From positions 9,278-73,277 of IMG/VR virus record IMGVR_UViG_3300046663_000412: a DNA stretch of 64,000 nucleotides. One strand, given 5' to 3'. Shown here one piece after another: positions 26,930 to 37,596 of this stretch. A program made the translations under genes and the position numbers. The DNA is from a virus (taxonomy: Duplodnaviria; Caudoviricetes). The notes beneath the pieces were generated by a model. The model made no database searches. It was not told the origin of the DNA and saw only the letters and a program-made list of their open reading frames with translations. Each line of letters begins with the position of its first letter. Position 1 is the first letter of the stretch.

Positions 26930-28705
26930 TCAGTTGTCCGTTGGTTTGTCTTCGCTGACGAAAACCAGTTCTTGCTTTGCCCTGGTAACCGCAACGTAGT
27001 AAATATTGGCTTCTTCATCTTCGCCCTTCGTCACGCGAAAGGTTTTGCTAATCAGGAAAACCCGATTCCACTCCAGGCCCTTGGCTTTGTGGACTGAGCT
27101 AAGCACCACGGTGGGCTTGTTGAAACCCTTGTCGTCCACGAACAGCGACATCAACCGGGGTTCGATTTCCTTAACGCTCGTTAGCCCTTCAGCAATCGAC
27201 TTCAGGCAGGCGGCTTGGTCGTTAATTAAATCACACTTGGCTTCGTAATTCTTATCCGCGCGGAAGCGGGACTTCTGCTTGTCGGCCCAGGATTCAACGC
27301 GCGCCAGGAAGTGCGGAATCGATTTTGCATTCAGCTTGCGGGCGATACCGGCCAGAGTTTTGCCAATGTCGCGGCCACGAATCGCAGCCGGGATACCACG
27401 TCGAAGCAGCTTGAGGCAAATCGGCATCAGCGGCGCATTGGCGCGGCTGAGCACTGCGTCGCCAACCTGGAGCACGTCGAGCAGCATCCCGTCGCCCATG
27501 TTGCGCACGATGCCTTCAGGAGCGGAGTCAGCGGCCACGTAACCCGGGACAATTTCCTGGGCGATAGCAACCACGAGTTTCGGGCAGCGATACGTCACCG
27601 AGAGGGTAAGCGTTTTCGCGTTCAGCCGTTCCTTCATCATCGCCATGCCGTCCGAAGCCGCGCCACGGAAAGCATAGATTGCTTGGCGAGGGTCACCAAC
27701 TACGAAAATTCTGCCACCAGGACGGCAGAGCCCGATGCACATGAGCAACTGAGGCAGGCTCATGTCCTGGGCTTCGTCAACGCAAACCAAATCAAAAAGC
27801 GGGCGCACCCAACCAGCCGCGACAGGCAGCCAAACCATGTCGTTGAATGAAATGCGACCTTCGGGGTCCCGCTGTAAAGAGAGAAGCAACACATCGAGCG
27901 CAGCCTGGGCGAGCCGGTTTTGATTCCATCCGGGAATCTCGCGGGCGTCCACGTCGTAGTCCTCGGCAAGCTCTTCCAGTTCGCGCACGGACGGAATGCC
28001 AGCGAACATATTTTTTGCAAAGGCAACCAGCTTGTTCACGGCACCGTAAGCGTCGTCCGGCTGGTCCTTGCCAACCACGGTGAGAATGCGGGCGTCTTCA
28101 ATCGCGTTGTCCGGCTTCACGTTGTGCCAGACCATGCGAATCAGCCGGAGTCCCATCGAGTGAAGTGTGGAAACGGTCACGCGCGGGTCAGTGATTGCGC
28201 GGGCGGCTTCTTCCTGATTGCGTTTGCCAAAGACCGCATAGAGTTGCTCTTCTTCCGGGGCCTGGGAAAACATGACCTTAATCGTGGTGGTTTTCCCAGT
28301 GCCCGCCTTCGCATCCACAATCACGTTGCCCTTGCCGATGCGACCCTCTTCAAAAATGGCGAGTTGCTCCGGGCTCCAGGGGCGAGAGTCGTCCAGGGGC
28401 ACCGCTTCAAAACCGGCCACGTATCCAGCGATGCGGCGCGCACCGTCGAGCCCCAACACCACCGGCTGCGCGACTTCGCCGCCAACTACCGGCGCGATGT
28501 TGCGGTTCACGGGATTGCTGCCTTGGCTGCTCCACACGTTGCTCCGGCGAAAAACTTCCCAGCCATTGCTACCAGGGCGGCAGCCGAAACCAGCGGCGCG
28601 GACGGCTTCCTTGTTGGAGCGCCAGAGGCTCCAGAATTCGGGAGACGGGGTGGCAACTTCGTTGTGCCAGTCCAGGCTTTCAATCACGCTGTTGATATCA
28701 TTCAT
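26930..28705 (-). CDS. UvrD/Rep-family (SF1) helicase
   Basis: AKAGTGKT, VDEAQD, GDPRQAIYAFRGA, YRCP, SSVHKAKGLE, YVAVTRAK. Confidence 0.92.
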   Translation of the reverse strand: MNDINSVIESLDWHNEVATPSPEFWSLWRSNKEAVRAAGFGCRPGSNGWEVFRRSNVWSSQGSNPVNRNIAPVVGGEVAQPVVLGLDGARRIAGYVAGFEAVPLDDSRPWSPEQLAIFEEGRIGKGNVIVDAKAGTGKTTTIKVMFSQAPEEEQLYAVFGKRNQEEAARAITDPRVTVSTLHSMGLRLIRMVWHNVKPDNAIEDARILTVVGKDQPDDAYGAVNKLVAFAKNMFAGIPSVRELEELAEDYDVDAREIPGWNQNRLAQAALDVLLLSLQRDPEGRISFNDMVWLPVAAGWVRPLFDLVCVDEAQDMSLPQLLMCIGLCRPGGRIFVVGDPRQAIYAFRGAASDGMAMMKERLNAKTLTLSVTYRCPKLVVAIAQEIVPGYVAADSAPEGIVRNMGDGMLLDVLQVGDAVLSRANAPLMPICLKLLRRGIPAAIRGRDIGKTLAGIARKLNAKSIPHFLARVESWADKQKSRFRADKNYEAKCDLINDQAACLKSIAEGLTSVKEIEPRLMSLFVDDKGFNKPTVVLSSVHKAKGLEWNRVFLISKTFRVTKGEDEEANIYYVAVTRAKQELVFVSEDKPTDN

Positions 28706-28711
28706 GCCTAC

Positions 28712-28739
28712 AAAATAGCACGTCGCGGGCGGGTGTCAA
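28712..28739 (-). promoter_or_regulatory. Host sigma70-type promoter
   Basis: TTGACA-N16-TATTTT-N6-ATG with TGn extension. Confidence 0.75.
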
Positions 28740-28752
28740 ATGATATGTCAAA

Positions 28753-28983
28753 TTAACTTTCGTAGCGCGGAGCAGGAAATCCCTGGAGCCGGAAAAACTC
28801 GTCCAGGGCAATCAAGAATTGCTCCCGGGCCTTTTCCCCGCCCTCCTTCGGGAAATCTACCCGAACCTGGACGGCAGGCCATTTGTCGTGCCCATATTTC
28901 GGGCCAGAACCGTTGATGTGTTCGCACACCCGCACGGAGCACGTGCGGGAATATCCCATGGTTTTGCTGTAGTCGATTGGCAT
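28753..28983 (-). CDS. Hypothetical protein
   Basis: 76-aa ORF. Confidence 0.65.
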   Translation of the reverse strand: MPIDYSKTMGYSRTCSVRVCEHINGSGPKYGHDKWPAVQVRVDFPKEGGEKAREQFLIALDEFFRLQGFPAPRYES

Positions 28984-28986
28984 AGG

Positions 28987-29361
28987 TCAAAAGCTCCGGT
29001 CGTAGAACGCCTGGGCGTTTCCAATGAATGCGTCGCGGACGGTGCCCTTGCGGTGACCGCGAGCAATCACCGGGTAAAGCGTAGGTGAGCCCTGCGGACG
29101 GTCCCAGTGGATTTCCTTGGCGTATCCCTCCGTGTTGGAATCCAGGGTCCATTCGAACGCCTGGAGGATGTAGCCCGTGATTTTGCCGTTCTTGGCGCGC
29201 ACGATGGATACGATTTTAGCGGGGTCCCGGTCGCGACCGCGCAAAATTGTGGCTTCGTCGCCTTCCTTGGCGTCGGGCTTGGGAAGGGTTTGGGCCATGA
29301 TGCCGCTGTTGAGATTGCCGTAGTGGTTGACCAGTTTGGCTGATACAGTAATTACATTCAT
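28987..29361 (-). CDS. Hypothetical protein, probably leaderless
   Basis: 124-aa ORF; ATG 5 nt after -10. Confidence 0.7.
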   Translation of the reverse strand: MNVITVSAKLVNHYGNLNSGIMAQTLPKPDAKEGDEATILRGRDRDPAKIVSIVRAKNGKITGYILQAFEWTLDSNTEGYAKEIHWDRPQGSPTLYPVIARGHRKGTVRDAFIGNAQAFYDRSF

Positions 29362-29366
29362 ATCTT

Positions 29367-29396
29367 ACAATAGCACAGGGGCGGGGCGGATGTCAA
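29367..29396 (-). promoter_or_regulatory. Host sigma70-type promoter
   Basis: TTGACA-N18-TATTGT-N5-ATG with TGn extension. Confidence 0.7.
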
Positions 29397-29404
29397 GGGG
29401 TTAA

Positions 29405-29608
29405 TTAGAAAGCGCAGGCGGCTTCAAACCGGGCGCGTTCGAACCGAGGATTGGCGTCCATCGCAACGGCGATAAAAACCTCGGTGGCACCATAAGCCTG
29501 ATGGTCCAGGCGCATGGCCAATTCCGGGTTTGACTGGCGCAGGTTGTGGGCCTGCTCGCGCAGGTTGCGGATTAGTTTTGCGGCTGCTTCGAAATGTTTT
29601 CTGCTCAT
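29405..29608 (-). CDS. Hypothetical protein, probably leaderless
   Basis: MSRKHFEAAA..NPRFERARFEAAC. Confidence 0.75.
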   Translation of the reverse strand: MSRKHFEAAAKLIRNLREQAHNLRQSNPELAMRLDHQAYGATEVFIAVAMDANPRFERARFEAACAF

Positions 29609-29614
29609 GCAACC

Positions 29615-29642
29615 AAGATACACCCGCCCCGTTTAAACGCAA
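29615..29642 (-). promoter_or_regulatory. Host sigma70-type promoter
   Basis: TTGCGT-N16-TATCTT-N6-ATG. Confidence 0.75.
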
Positions 29643-29668
29643 GGGGCAGAATGCAGATTTAAGCTGGA

Positions 29669-29890
29669 CTAATCCAGACCTAAAACTTTACTAATAGTGG
29701 GGTAAACCTCGGTGAACGTGTCCCGGTGCTGCTTAATCGCGCGGGCGGCATCATCACGAGCGATTCCGCCACCAAACTGGCTGGCCTGACTTGCGAGGCA
29801 GTGTGTGAAGTGAACAAACTTTCTGCCCTGGTGTTCTTTGACCGCGTTCTCGAACTTCTTCAGGTCTTCAGGCGTGAGGGTAATCGTCAT
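29669..29890 (-). CDS. Hypothetical protein
   Basis: 73-aa ORF overlapping gmd stop. Confidence 0.65.
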   Translation of the reverse strand: MTITLTPEDLKKFENAVKEHQGRKFVHFTHCLASQASQFGGGIARDDAARAIKQHRDTFTEVYPTISKVLGLD

Positions 29891-30843
29891 AGAGTTTTTT
29901 TGATTGCGTCGTAATCGTGTTTTACCATTTCCTCTACCAATTCAGAAAGTTGAATCTCCGGTTCCCATCCAAGCTTGTCCATAGCCTTGGCCGGGTCCCC
30001 TAGTAAATGTTCAACTTCAGAAGGTCGAAAAAATTTAGGGTCCACGATAACATGGTCGCGCCAATTCAAACCCAGCGCATGGAATGCCAGTTCACAGAAG
30101 TCTCGCACGGACCACGACACCCCGGTAGCAATCACGTAATCATCTGGCTCCGCCTGCTGAAGCATTAGATACATCGCGTTGACGTAGTCTTTAGCGTGCC
30201 CCCAGTCTCTGCGCGCGTCCAGGTTGCCCAGCCGCACACTTTGTTGAAGCCCGAATTTAATCGCAGCAACCGCGCGAGTGATTTTGCGAGTGACAAAGTT
30301 TTCGCCACGGCGCGGAGACTCGTGATTGAAAAGAATTCCGTTGCTTGCGTGCAGCCCGTAAGCCTCGCGGTAGTTCACGGTCGCGTAATAACTGAAAACT
30401 TTCGAGCATCCGTAGGGTGAACGCGGATGAAACGGAGTTTTTTCATTCTGCGGCGGAGGACTGGACCCAAACATTTCGCTGGACGACGCCTGATAAAATC
30501 TGGCGTTCGAATTTCTCAACTCTTCCAGCAACCGAATCGTGCCGGTGCCGGTGATGTCGGCAGTGTATTCCGGCATATCAAAACTCACCTTGACGTGGGA
30601 CTGCGCGGCCAGATTATAAACCTCGTGGGGCTGTGACAAATCGAGCACGCGTTGAATCGAGCCGGAGTCGCCCAGGTCGGCGTAGTGAAGGTGAAGCTGG
30701 TCTTTGATGTGGTTGATTCGGTCCCAGTGATAGGCGCTCGACCTGCGGACAGTGCCGTGGACTTCATAGCCCAGGGTCAGCAATTGCTCCGCTAGGTAAC
30801 TTCCGTCCTGGCCAGTGATGCCGGTGATTAGTGCGTGTCTCAT
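29887..30843 (-). CDS. gmd: GDP-mannose 4,6-dehydratase
   Basis: [51 protein letters not shown]. Confidence 0.97.
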   Translation of the reverse strand: MRHALITGITGQDGSYLAEQLLTLGYEVHGTVRRSSAYHWDRINHIKDQLHLHYADLGDSGSIQRVLDLSQPHEVYNLAAQSHVKVSFDMPEYTADITGTGTIRLLEELRNSNARFYQASSSEMFGSSPPPQNEKTPFHPRSPYGCSKVFSYYATVNYREAYGLHASNGILFNHESPRRGENFVTRKITRAVAAIKFGLQQSVRLGNLDARRDWGHAKDYVNAMYLMLQQAEPDDYVIATGVSWSVRDFCELAFHALGLNWRDHVIVDPKFFRPSEVEHLLGDPAKAMDKLGWEPEIQLSELVEEMVKHDYDAIKKTL

Positions 30844-31412
30844 AATCCTGAAGCCCTGCGTGCGCGCTCTTCTGGCGAACCAGGGTCGATTAGTTTCGCC
30901 TTGCCGCTCAAATGAAGCTCTCCGTTCTCCCGCTCATACAAAACTTGCATCCACTTCGGAGCCCTGGGTGCTTCTCTGATGTCCAGCGGCTCGAACACCA
31001 ATGCGTTGACCCTGCCCTGTTGCGCAACGTGGACAATGCCCCGGACTGCGAAATCCACTAGCCCGCTAGCGATTCGCGAAACAAAATATTCCCTCAGCCC
31101 ACCCTCTGCCTTATCACGCTTGAGCTTGTCCACTACCTCATTGGGGATATAGGCCATGATTTCCCAGCCGGTGCGAGGGTGCGGTGCCTGGGCGACTCGA
31201 AGCTGCATGACCTGCGAGCGAAGCATTTTGTATTCCTCGGATAACAGCCGGATATGTGAGTCGGCAATCCGCAGCGCGGCGTCGGAATCTTCCAGCCGCT
31301 TGCGTTGCTCCTCAAAACCTCGCTGCCAATTTTTGATTGCGGCCCAGAGACACGGTGGCCAAAAATTAGCCAGCGCAACAAGAATCCTCTTTATCCAGTT
31401 CATAAGTTTCAC
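30840..31412 (-). CDS. Hypothetical coiled-coil protein
   Basis: 190-aa ORF inside the glyco block. Confidence 0.7.
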   Translation of the reverse strand: MKLMNWIKRILVALANFWPPCLWAAIKNWQRGFEEQRKRLEDSDAALRIADSHIRLLSEEYKMLRSQVMQLRVAQAPHPRTGWEIMAYIPNEVVDKLKRDKAEGGLREYFVSRIASGLVDFAVRGIVHVAQQGRVNALVFEPLDIREAPRAPKWMQVLYERENGELHLSGKAKLIDPGSPEERARRASGL

Positions 31413-33150
31413 ATCTCACTTTCAACAGTTCACGGTCTCGTGCAACCAGATTCGGCTGCCATCCTAGCCGGTGAACCTCGTCGTCCACCGGTGTATGTTT
31501 GATTTTCGAAAGCGGCGCGTAGTTGTAGCAGCACCACTTTTTTGCGAAACCGGTTAGCTCGTTGTCGCAGCCTACGTGATGGTAGCCCTCATGGAAAAAT
31601 ACCCCCGTAGGTAACGCGGATTTAAAGTCTCGGTCGGCCAGCCAATGCGTCGCTAGCTCTCCGTCCCACATCCCGTCGTTGAGCGCGGTGACAGCCCTAT
31701 CTTTCCGGGATTTCCATTTAAAGTCCAGATGACTGAGAACTGCCTGGATTAAAAAATCCGGCTGCGGTTCGCAATCATCCCCAAGGAACATCACCAAGTC
31801 TCCATCCGTTTTGACCACTCCGTCGTTGAGTGTTACCGGGCACCCGCGCGCGCACCTATCATCCTCCACATGCACCTCGAAGTTTGGGTAGTTTGCGTTC
31901 TGCTGAATCGCTATCAACACTCCCTTGATGTCTCGGGTATCCGGAACATGCGGAATCACGATGCTCACTTTCGGCAGGTCCATAAAGAACCGCGCGTCGT
32001 GAAGATATTTCGAATTGGTTGGAGAATATCTACGCGCGATGTTCCAGCTAATGCGCGCCGCGTCTTTCTGTCCAAGCTGCCAAGACGACCAGTAAAGCAT
32101 TTCGTGCGGATACCAAGTGTAATCCGACTCGTGGTTCCCGTAGAATGAATCTTTTGGGACGGTGAGGGCGGCATGTGCGAACGTAGCGCAGCGTTGTGGG
32201 TCTTTTGTTTTGTAATAGTGGTCAGCGATTCGAACCAGGGCCAGCCTGCGATTTCCATCCAGCTTCCAGGCTTCAAAATACATTTCGAGCGCAATGTCGG
32301 GATACCCTTGCGCAGCGGCACAATCGCCCTGGAAAATTTTCGACTGTGCCCGCTCCGCTAACCACCTGTTCATCTTGATGTGCCTCGCGAATTCGTCCCA
32401 TGCCGAAGCATACCGGCCCGAATACATTAGCTCCCGCGCGAAGTAATGCGAATTGCGGTCGTTGTTCGGATTGCGATTGCAGTCGATTGCGAGCCCGGTC
32501 AGGTAGTTCCCGCGATTCGTGCCGGGATTTTGCCAATGCTCCAGGCGTATGAAATCAACGTAGTCTCTCTTAATGGCGTCCAGCTTAGGGAACAATGGAG
32601 ACAAAATCTCGTGGATGATTCCGGTCCAGTATAGCACACCTTTGTTGTAGAATTTGCAGTGCCGGAATCGCACTGCTGGCTTGCCTTCGGAGTCGTGGGC
32701 GAAGACAAACTCGTATTCGAATTGATGCGTTCCACTCCGGATAGCCTCGTTGATTTTGTCGATGTCGAGCTTCGTGTAAACCTCGTCGCAATCCGGCATT
32801 GCAACCACGTTACATCGCGCAAACTGCGCCGCGTTGTTGCGCGCCGCAGAGAAGTCGAAAAAAGTCTCGCCACCTTCCAGCAGTTCCGGGTCGGATTCCT
32901 TGACGAACTTCGCGTTGATTTCCTTTGCTTCAGCGGTGCCGATTCTCTGCGTGTATGTGGCTTCGTGAACCTCCCATCCCAGGTCGAGCGCGAGTCGCTG
33001 TGTCCCGTCGGTGCTCCCGGTGTCCATCAATACGAGTTGTCCACCCCTCGCCTTGAATTCCTTCAGCGACTCCGTGAGTCGAGGAAGTGTCTTGGATTCA
33101 TTGCGTGCAATTACTACGACAGAAAATAATGGAGCGTCAGCGTCAGCCAT
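31366..33150 (-). CDS. Glycosyltransferase: GT2 + TPR + second GT2 domain
   Basis: FSVVVIARNE..DTGSTDGT..DFSAARN..PDCDE; TPR-like helices; VSIVIP..MFLGDD. Confidence 0.88.
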   Translation of the reverse strand: MADADAPLFSVVVIARNESKTLPRLTESLKEFKARGGQLVLMDTGSTDGTQRLALDLGWEVHEATYTQRIGTAEAKEINAKFVKESDPELLEGGETFFDFSAARNNAAQFARCNVVAMPDCDEVYTKLDIDKINEAIRSGTHQFEYEFVFAHDSEGKPAVRFRHCKFYNKGVLYWTGIIHEILSPLFPKLDAIKRDYVDFIRLEHWQNPGTNRGNYLTGLAIDCNRNPNNDRNSHYFARELMYSGRYASAWDEFARHIKMNRWLAERAQSKIFQGDCAAAQGYPDIALEMYFEAWKLDGNRRLALVRIADHYYKTKDPQRCATFAHAALTVPKDSFYGNHESDYTWYPHEMLYWSSWQLGQKDAARISWNIARRYSPTNSKYLHDARFFMDLPKVSIVIPHVPDTRDIKGVLIAIQQNANYPNFEVHVEDDRCARGCPVTLNDGVVKTDGDLVMFLGDDCEPQPDFLIQAVLSHLDFKWKSRKDRAVTALNDGMWDGELATHWLADRDFKSALPTGVFFHEGYHHVGCDNELTGFAKKWCCYNYAPLSKIKHTPVDDEVHRLGWQPNLVARDRELLKVRCETYELDKEDSCCAG

Positions 33151-33210
33151 ATCTTCACTGAGACTAACCGATTTTACTGGTGAGTGAAACCACTTAATTT
33201 CAGTAAGAAA

Positions 33211-33993
33211 TCAGGTGGTAAACGAACCGTAAGGAGTCCCGGCCCCGCTATTATAGAGCAGCGCAACGTCAGTGGAAGATAGAACGCGTCTCCACCAGCC
33301 GGTCTCGTCCATAATCATGTCAGGCGGACCCCCAGAGCTTGCGTAGTCCATCAACTCGAATGCCACGGTGCCGGTGGTGGCTTTGAAAATCCCGGTGATG
33401 CTTGCGTTTGTGCGCGCGCCGTTATTCAGATAGTAAAACATCTGGTGGTTCGTGTCGTCGTATCCCATCACGATGTGATACCACGTCGCAGTCGAGGGCG
33501 GAGCGAGCACACTCAACGTAGGCTGCGCATTGTTCGCCGCGTTGTTGAACTGCATTATCAGCGAGTTGTTATTCGCAAACCACAAGAAGTAAGAAATCGT
33601 GGACTGATTCCAAAAGCTAAGCACGCCGTGAAACCCAGTGGTAGGCACGACATTAAACTTGAACCAGCTTGACATCGAGAATGAATCGCCGGACTGGATG
33701 TTTGCCCAGAAAGTGCTCTGGCTCGATGATGCACTGTTGCGCAGCTTAGAGCCGCCACCATTTGTGTTTGCCGCGAAGCTGATGATGCCGGTGGACTGGC
33801 CGCAGGTTCCTACCGGCTGGGTTAGGTCGTGTGCGTTAGCGGTAGAGTCCAATCGCGTTGCGGCGGCTGCTTCATCCAACTTCCAATACCCAACCAGGGA
33901 ATTCAACAAACCATTTTTCGAATCGGCTGCGTAATCGCCCAGGTGATATCGGCGGTTGTTCCGGTGTAGGATATGAGTCTGAACAGTGGACAT
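33211..33993 (-). CDS. LamG/ConA-like lectin-fold protein (probable virion fibre component)
   Basis: LVGYWKLDE, FSMSSWFK, WYHIVMGYD, MDETGWW..L...DVALLYN. Confidence 0.8.
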   Translation of the reverse strand: MSTVQTHILHRNNRRYHLGDYAADSKNGLLNSLVGYWKLDEAAAATRLDSTANAHDLTQPVGTCGQSTGIISFAANTNGGGSKLRNSASSSQSTFWANIQSGDSFSMSSWFKFNVVPTTGFHGVLSFWNQSTISYFLWFANNNSLIMQFNNAANNAQPTLSVLAPPSTATWYHIVMGYDDTNHQMFYYLNNGARTNASITGIFKATTGTVAFELMDYASSGGPPDMIMDETGWWRRVLSSTDVALLYNSGAGTPYGSFTT

Positions 33994-33996
33994 TTT

Positions 33997-34353
33997 TTAC
34001 ACGATTTGATTTACGAATCCGTCCACTAACAAAACGTTGGTCAGTGACGCGTAAGCTTTCACTATCAGTGAATTTTGCAGCAGCATCCCGTCGCACACCA
34101 GCACCCGGCCAGCCAGCGGTGGAATCGAGATAGTGATTTGGTTGTCCGGTTCCGTCGTGCCGCCCCACAAAAGTGTTAGGCTGCGCGCGGTGCTATCGCT
34201 GTTGTAACAGTAAATCCAGATTTCATCGAGAGACGAAGTGCCGGATACAGCAGTGTGAATCGTGTTCGCAGAGCCGGACGCTGTGCCGGAGATTTTGATT
34301 TGCTTGCCGTTCGTGCTGCCGTTCAGCAAAAATTTGGTGAATGTTTGTGACAT
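33997..34353 (-). CDS. Fibre-associated beta-rich protein
   Basis: FTKFLLNGSTNGKQIK..DEIWIY; follows collagen gene. Confidence 0.65.
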   Translation of the reverse strand: MSQTFTKFLLNGSTNGKQIKISGTASGSANTIHTAVSGTSSLDEIWIYCYNSDSTARSLTLLWGGTTEPDNQITISIPPLAGRVLVCDGMLLQNSLIVKAYASLTNVLLVDGFVNQIV

Positions 34354-34357
34354 AGAA

Positions 34358-35788
34358 TCAACTCATTACCTGGATGTAGAGAACATCGGGACTCACTGGC
34401 CCCGTGTAACCTGTATACCCGGTGTAACCTGTGTATCCGGTGGGTCCCTGCGGCCCAGTGTAGCCGGTATACCCGGTTGGCCCGGTAGGTCCATTAGTCC
34501 CAGACCCACCGGCTGGACCAGTGTATCCGGTAGGGCCAGTAGGTCCAGTGTATCCTGTGAAATTCCCTGGTCCCGTGTAACCCGTGTAGCCAGTTGGTCC
34601 AGTGTCTCCGGTGGTTCCTGTGCCGCCCGGGCCAGTGTCCCCCGTGTAACCCGTCGGTCCCGTGTATCCAGTAGGACCAGTAAACCCAGTAGGCCCAGTA
34701 GCACCTGGAATCCCAGCAGGGCCAGTGTAACCAGTCGGGCCAGTGTCCCCAGTGGCACCAGCACCACCAGTATAACCGGTATAGCCTGTAGGGCCTGCTG
34801 GACCTGTATCGCCTCGGGCTCCATTAACCAACGAGACCGCGAAAACCGCATCGTGAGTCGTGAGATTGAATGTGCCGCCTGCGTTATTGCCGACTTTAAC
34901 GGAGAGAATATCATTGGCTAGGCATGAAACGATTCCGTTGAGCGCGATGAGGACATTAGTGTAACCTCCATTCGCCGGAACAACCTTGAGCGTGAAGCCT
35001 GGGACAAGCACTCCATTCTTGAAGATACGATACTGGAGTTGGTTCGCCGTGATGCACTGAAAATCCAGCGACACAGAGACGCGATATTCTCCGTCAACCA
35101 GGACAGTGATTTCTCCCGTCGCCGTGTTGACCGTCGTGTTGAACGTGTCACCAGCAACCCAGGTGGTGCTGAAATTGTAATAAGTCCCGGGCACAGCGAC
35201 CAGCACCGTCGAGTCTGAGAGCAAATGAATTTCGCCATACGCGGTGCTTGCTATCCCCGGCCCGGTCGGGCCAGTATAGCCAGTTGGTCCAGTGGGTCCA
35301 GTTGAGCCCGCGCCTGCGGGTCCCGTGTAACCTGTGTAACCAGTCGGACCGGTATCTCCGGTGAAGCCAGAATTTGGGCCGGTGTATCCGGTGTAGCCGG
35401 TCGGTCCAGTAGGTCCGCCTGCGGGTCCCCCAGGCCCGGTATCCCCAGTGTATCCAGTAGGGCCAGTGTTTCCAGTCGGCCCACTGTAGCCAGTTGGTCC
35501 CGTAGGTCCGGTCGTTCCAGTGTCACCCGTTGCACCTTGGCTGCCAGCAGCACCAGACGGTCCAGTAGAACCGCGCGGGCCGGTTGCTCCAGTCGGCCCA
35601 GTGCCACTTCCACCTCCGCCACCGTTTGCAATTGTCGCCCAGAAGAGTCCATTCCATACGAAACGGAAGCCCTGAGTAGTGTCGAAGTAGATGTCATTTA
35701 TTTCCGGATTCGGAGGTGGGTCAGCGAGAGGGCCAAAATCTTTTGGCGCAGGCGGGCGGACTCCATAAGCGGTCGGTAACAGCGGCAC
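34358..35788 (-). CDS. Collagen-like (GPT/GYT/GDT) fibre protein with central C1q/BclA-C-like domain
   Basis: Two long G-X-T triplet tracts flanking a beta domain (AYGEIH..TGEITV..GEYRVS..FKNG). Confidence 0.9.
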   Translation of the reverse strand: MPLLPTAYGVRPPAPKDFGPLADPPPNPEINDIYFDTTQGFRFVWNGLFWATIANGGGGGSGTGPTGATGPRGSTGPSGAAGSQGATGDTGTTGPTGPTGYSGPTGNTGPTGYTGDTGPGGPAGGPTGPTGYTGYTGPNSGFTGDTGPTGYTGYTGPAGAGSTGPTGPTGYTGPTGPGIASTAYGEIHLLSDSTVLVAVPGTYYNFSTTWVAGDTFNTTVNTATGEITVLVDGEYRVSVSLDFQCITANQLQYRIFKNGVLVPGFTLKVVPANGGYTNVLIALNGIVSCLANDILSVKVGNNAGGTFNLTTHDAVFAVSLVNGARGDTGPAGPTGYTGYTGGAGATGDTGPTGYTGPAGIPGATGPTGFTGPTGYTGPTGYTGDTGPGGTGTTGDTGPTGYTGYTGPGNFTGYTGPTGPTGYTGPAGGSGTNGPTGPTGYTGYTGPQGPTGYTGYTGYTGYTGPVSPDVLYIQVMS

Positions 35789-35795
35789 ATATAAT

Positions 35796-35801
35796 AGTCG
35801 C
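35796..35801 (-). promoter_or_regulatory. Late-promoter -10-like element
   Basis: GCGACT-N7-GTG start of collagen gene; -35 position (TCGCGC) is a weak match. Confidence 0.5.
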
Positions 35802-35964
35802 GTGATTAGGCCCAGGGCGCGACGGTCCAGAACGCAACGCGAAGACCAAACAGCAACAGGTATCGCCGATAAATCATCGTGTGCTCAGTCTCGTGGCGGA
35901 GCACTGGTAGTGAAACTGGCACCAATGCATATTGAAGGAAAAATATTGTGTGCATAGTAGTCGT

Positions 35965-36198
35965 TTAAACAACCTCGGGCCATTGCTTGCGTGCTGCGGT
36001 CTTCGTGAGCGGCTCCAGGTTGTCGAGCAACCAGGGAAGGTCATTGTGAGATGGACACCATCCGCTGCGCGGAGCCCAGTATTCAAAAAAGAATTCGGCG
36101 GGCAGCCGTGTCGCCCTGTAGAACCGAGGCGCGTAGTCCGAGTAGGTGAAGCCCCGGTAGACAAAATACTGAAGCTTCCCGAACCTGGGTGATTTCAT
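35965..36198 (-). CDS. Hypothetical protein
   Basis: 77-aa ORF. Confidence 0.6.
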   Translation of the reverse strand: MKSPRFGKLQYFVYRGFTYSDYAPRFYRATRLPAEFFFEYWAPRSGWCPSHNDLPWLLDNLEPLTKTAARKQWPEVV

Positions 36199-36264
36199 CT
36201 TCGTGCTTTCTCGTCAATCGACTCCACGAAAACATACGGGTCGAATGAGCATCGATAGTGATAC

Positions 36265-36609
36265 TCAGTCCGTCCGAGCACGCCGGGGATGACATCCACA
36301 AGCGTCACCGTTTTGGTCCTGCGGCACAGTGGGCATGCAACGATTGACTGTGGCTTCGTAGTGCGCGACGCTGCCAAGTAAGCTGCCGCGCCACTCGATG
36401 ACTTTCCCGGTGTCGAAGTTTTCGAAGGAAACTCCTCCTCGCGTGTGCATCGGATTACCGTAGCTCTTGCGATATCTCCCGGGCGCGAGTTTGACAAGGC
36501 CGGGGATGCCGTCTTTTTGGAAGTTTTGGATTTCATTGTAATTGTTTCTCCAGCCGGGTGAGCGTTCTTTGTCGCCCTTGCCTGCGGCACCGTGATTTAA
36601 TTCGTGCAT
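36265..36609 (-). CDS. Hypothetical protein (frame choice versus 36195..36590 unresolved)
   Basis: AGKGDKERSP..NNYNEI resembles small phage proteins; competing frame has CPLC near its end. Confidence 0.4.
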   Translation of the reverse strand: MHELNHGAAGKGDKERSPGWRNNYNEIQNFQKDGIPGLVKLAPGRYRKSYGNPMHTRGGVSFENFDTGKVIEWRGSLLGSVAHYEATVNRCMPTVPQDQNGDACGCHPRRARTD

Positions 36610-36791
36610 AGGGATTTGTTTGGTTCGAGCGGCTCCAAGATATGCGCCCAGGCATTGATTTGATTCAATCGTCCCAAATCATCTTTCACCAGCAGAACAA
36701 AATTGCTCGATTCCGAATCGTAGGCTACCGCAACAATTTCCTGTTGCTCTGCTTGGTAGAGAACGCGTCGGCCAATCAATGAAGTATTCAT
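36597..36791 (-). CDS. Hypothetical protein
   Basis: 64-aa ORF. Confidence 0.65.
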   Translation of the reverse strand: MNTSLIGRRVLYQAEQQEIVAVAYDSESSNFVLLVKDDLGRLNQINAWAHILEPLEPNKSLCTN

Positions 36792-37153
36792 GGTTTGATT
36801 AACGGCACCACGTTGTCCGGCGTCGGCTGCTGCTGCTCTGCTGCTTCCGCTGCTTTCGCGGCTTCATGCTGCCGGATGAATTCCTCTTTGCGCTTGAGGA
36901 TACCAGACGCACGGGCCATGAGGCCAGCAAAACCATTCACCAGCGGCTCGTATTCCATGCGCACGGCATACCAGGACGCAATTAATTCGTCGGCGTGCTC
37001 GACCACGACCCGCTGCAAAAAGTTAGTCAGCCCAGCTTTTTCAGCGTCGCTTTCCTGGGTGACGATTTTGGATTCAGACAACTGCGACAGCCGCTGGATT
37101 GCGCCACCGATTTGGTTGGCGATTTCGGGTGATAACGGATTTTGTTTGCTCAT
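36788..37153 (-). CDS. Hypothetical protein
   Basis: 121-aa ORF. Confidence 0.7.
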   Translation of the reverse strand: MSKQNPLSPEIANQIGGAIQRLSQLSESKIVTQESDAEKAGLTNFLQRVVVEHADELIASWYAVRMEYEPLVNGFAGLMARASGILKRKEEFIRQHEAAKAAEAAEQQQPTPDNVVPLIKP

Positions 37154-37596
37154 GGATTTGTGAACTGATTGCGTAGTTTGTTGTGGTCAGCACAGAACTT
37201 TTCGAAGTTCTCGCGCCGAATGAAAAGTGAAAAGTCATGCGGTGGCAGTTTAACCCGGAGCACCACGTTGCCGGTTGCGTGAATCTCGCCCCGGATTCCG
37301 TCTGCAAGTTGCTGCTCATGAAAATTCCACGGAGGTGGGCTAGCGTGCGCGCGGTCGAGCATGTCTTCCAGGCCCACGGAATCGCCTTGCTCGTGGACGA
37401 CAGAGCCGCCCATTGCAAAACCGTATTCACGATGCACGTAATCCAAAAAGAAAAACGGGTCACGGGCCGGATTGACTGCTGCGCCATTCATATTGAATTC
37501 GGATTGCTCAGCCCTCCAGCCAGCCGCAGCCGCATGCTTCACGAGTATCTTGCGGGCCACCGTGCTCTCAACGTGACAAATAATAAATCGATTCAT
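37150..37596 (-). CDS. Hypothetical protein
   Basis: 148-aa ORF. Confidence 0.7.
   Translation of the reverse strand: MNRFIICHVESTVARKILVKHAAAAGWRAEQSEFNMNGAAVNPARDPFFFLDYVHREYGFAMGGSVVHEQGDSVGLEDMLDRAHASPPPWNFHEQQLADGIRGEIHATGNVVLRVKLPPHDFSLFIRRENFEKFCADHNKLRNQFTNP

Noticed and set aside
34358-35788. DNA tandem repeats as a non-coding element or DGR target
   Set aside because: Fully explained by collagen triplet coding; no reverse transcriptase or template/variable repeat pair seen.
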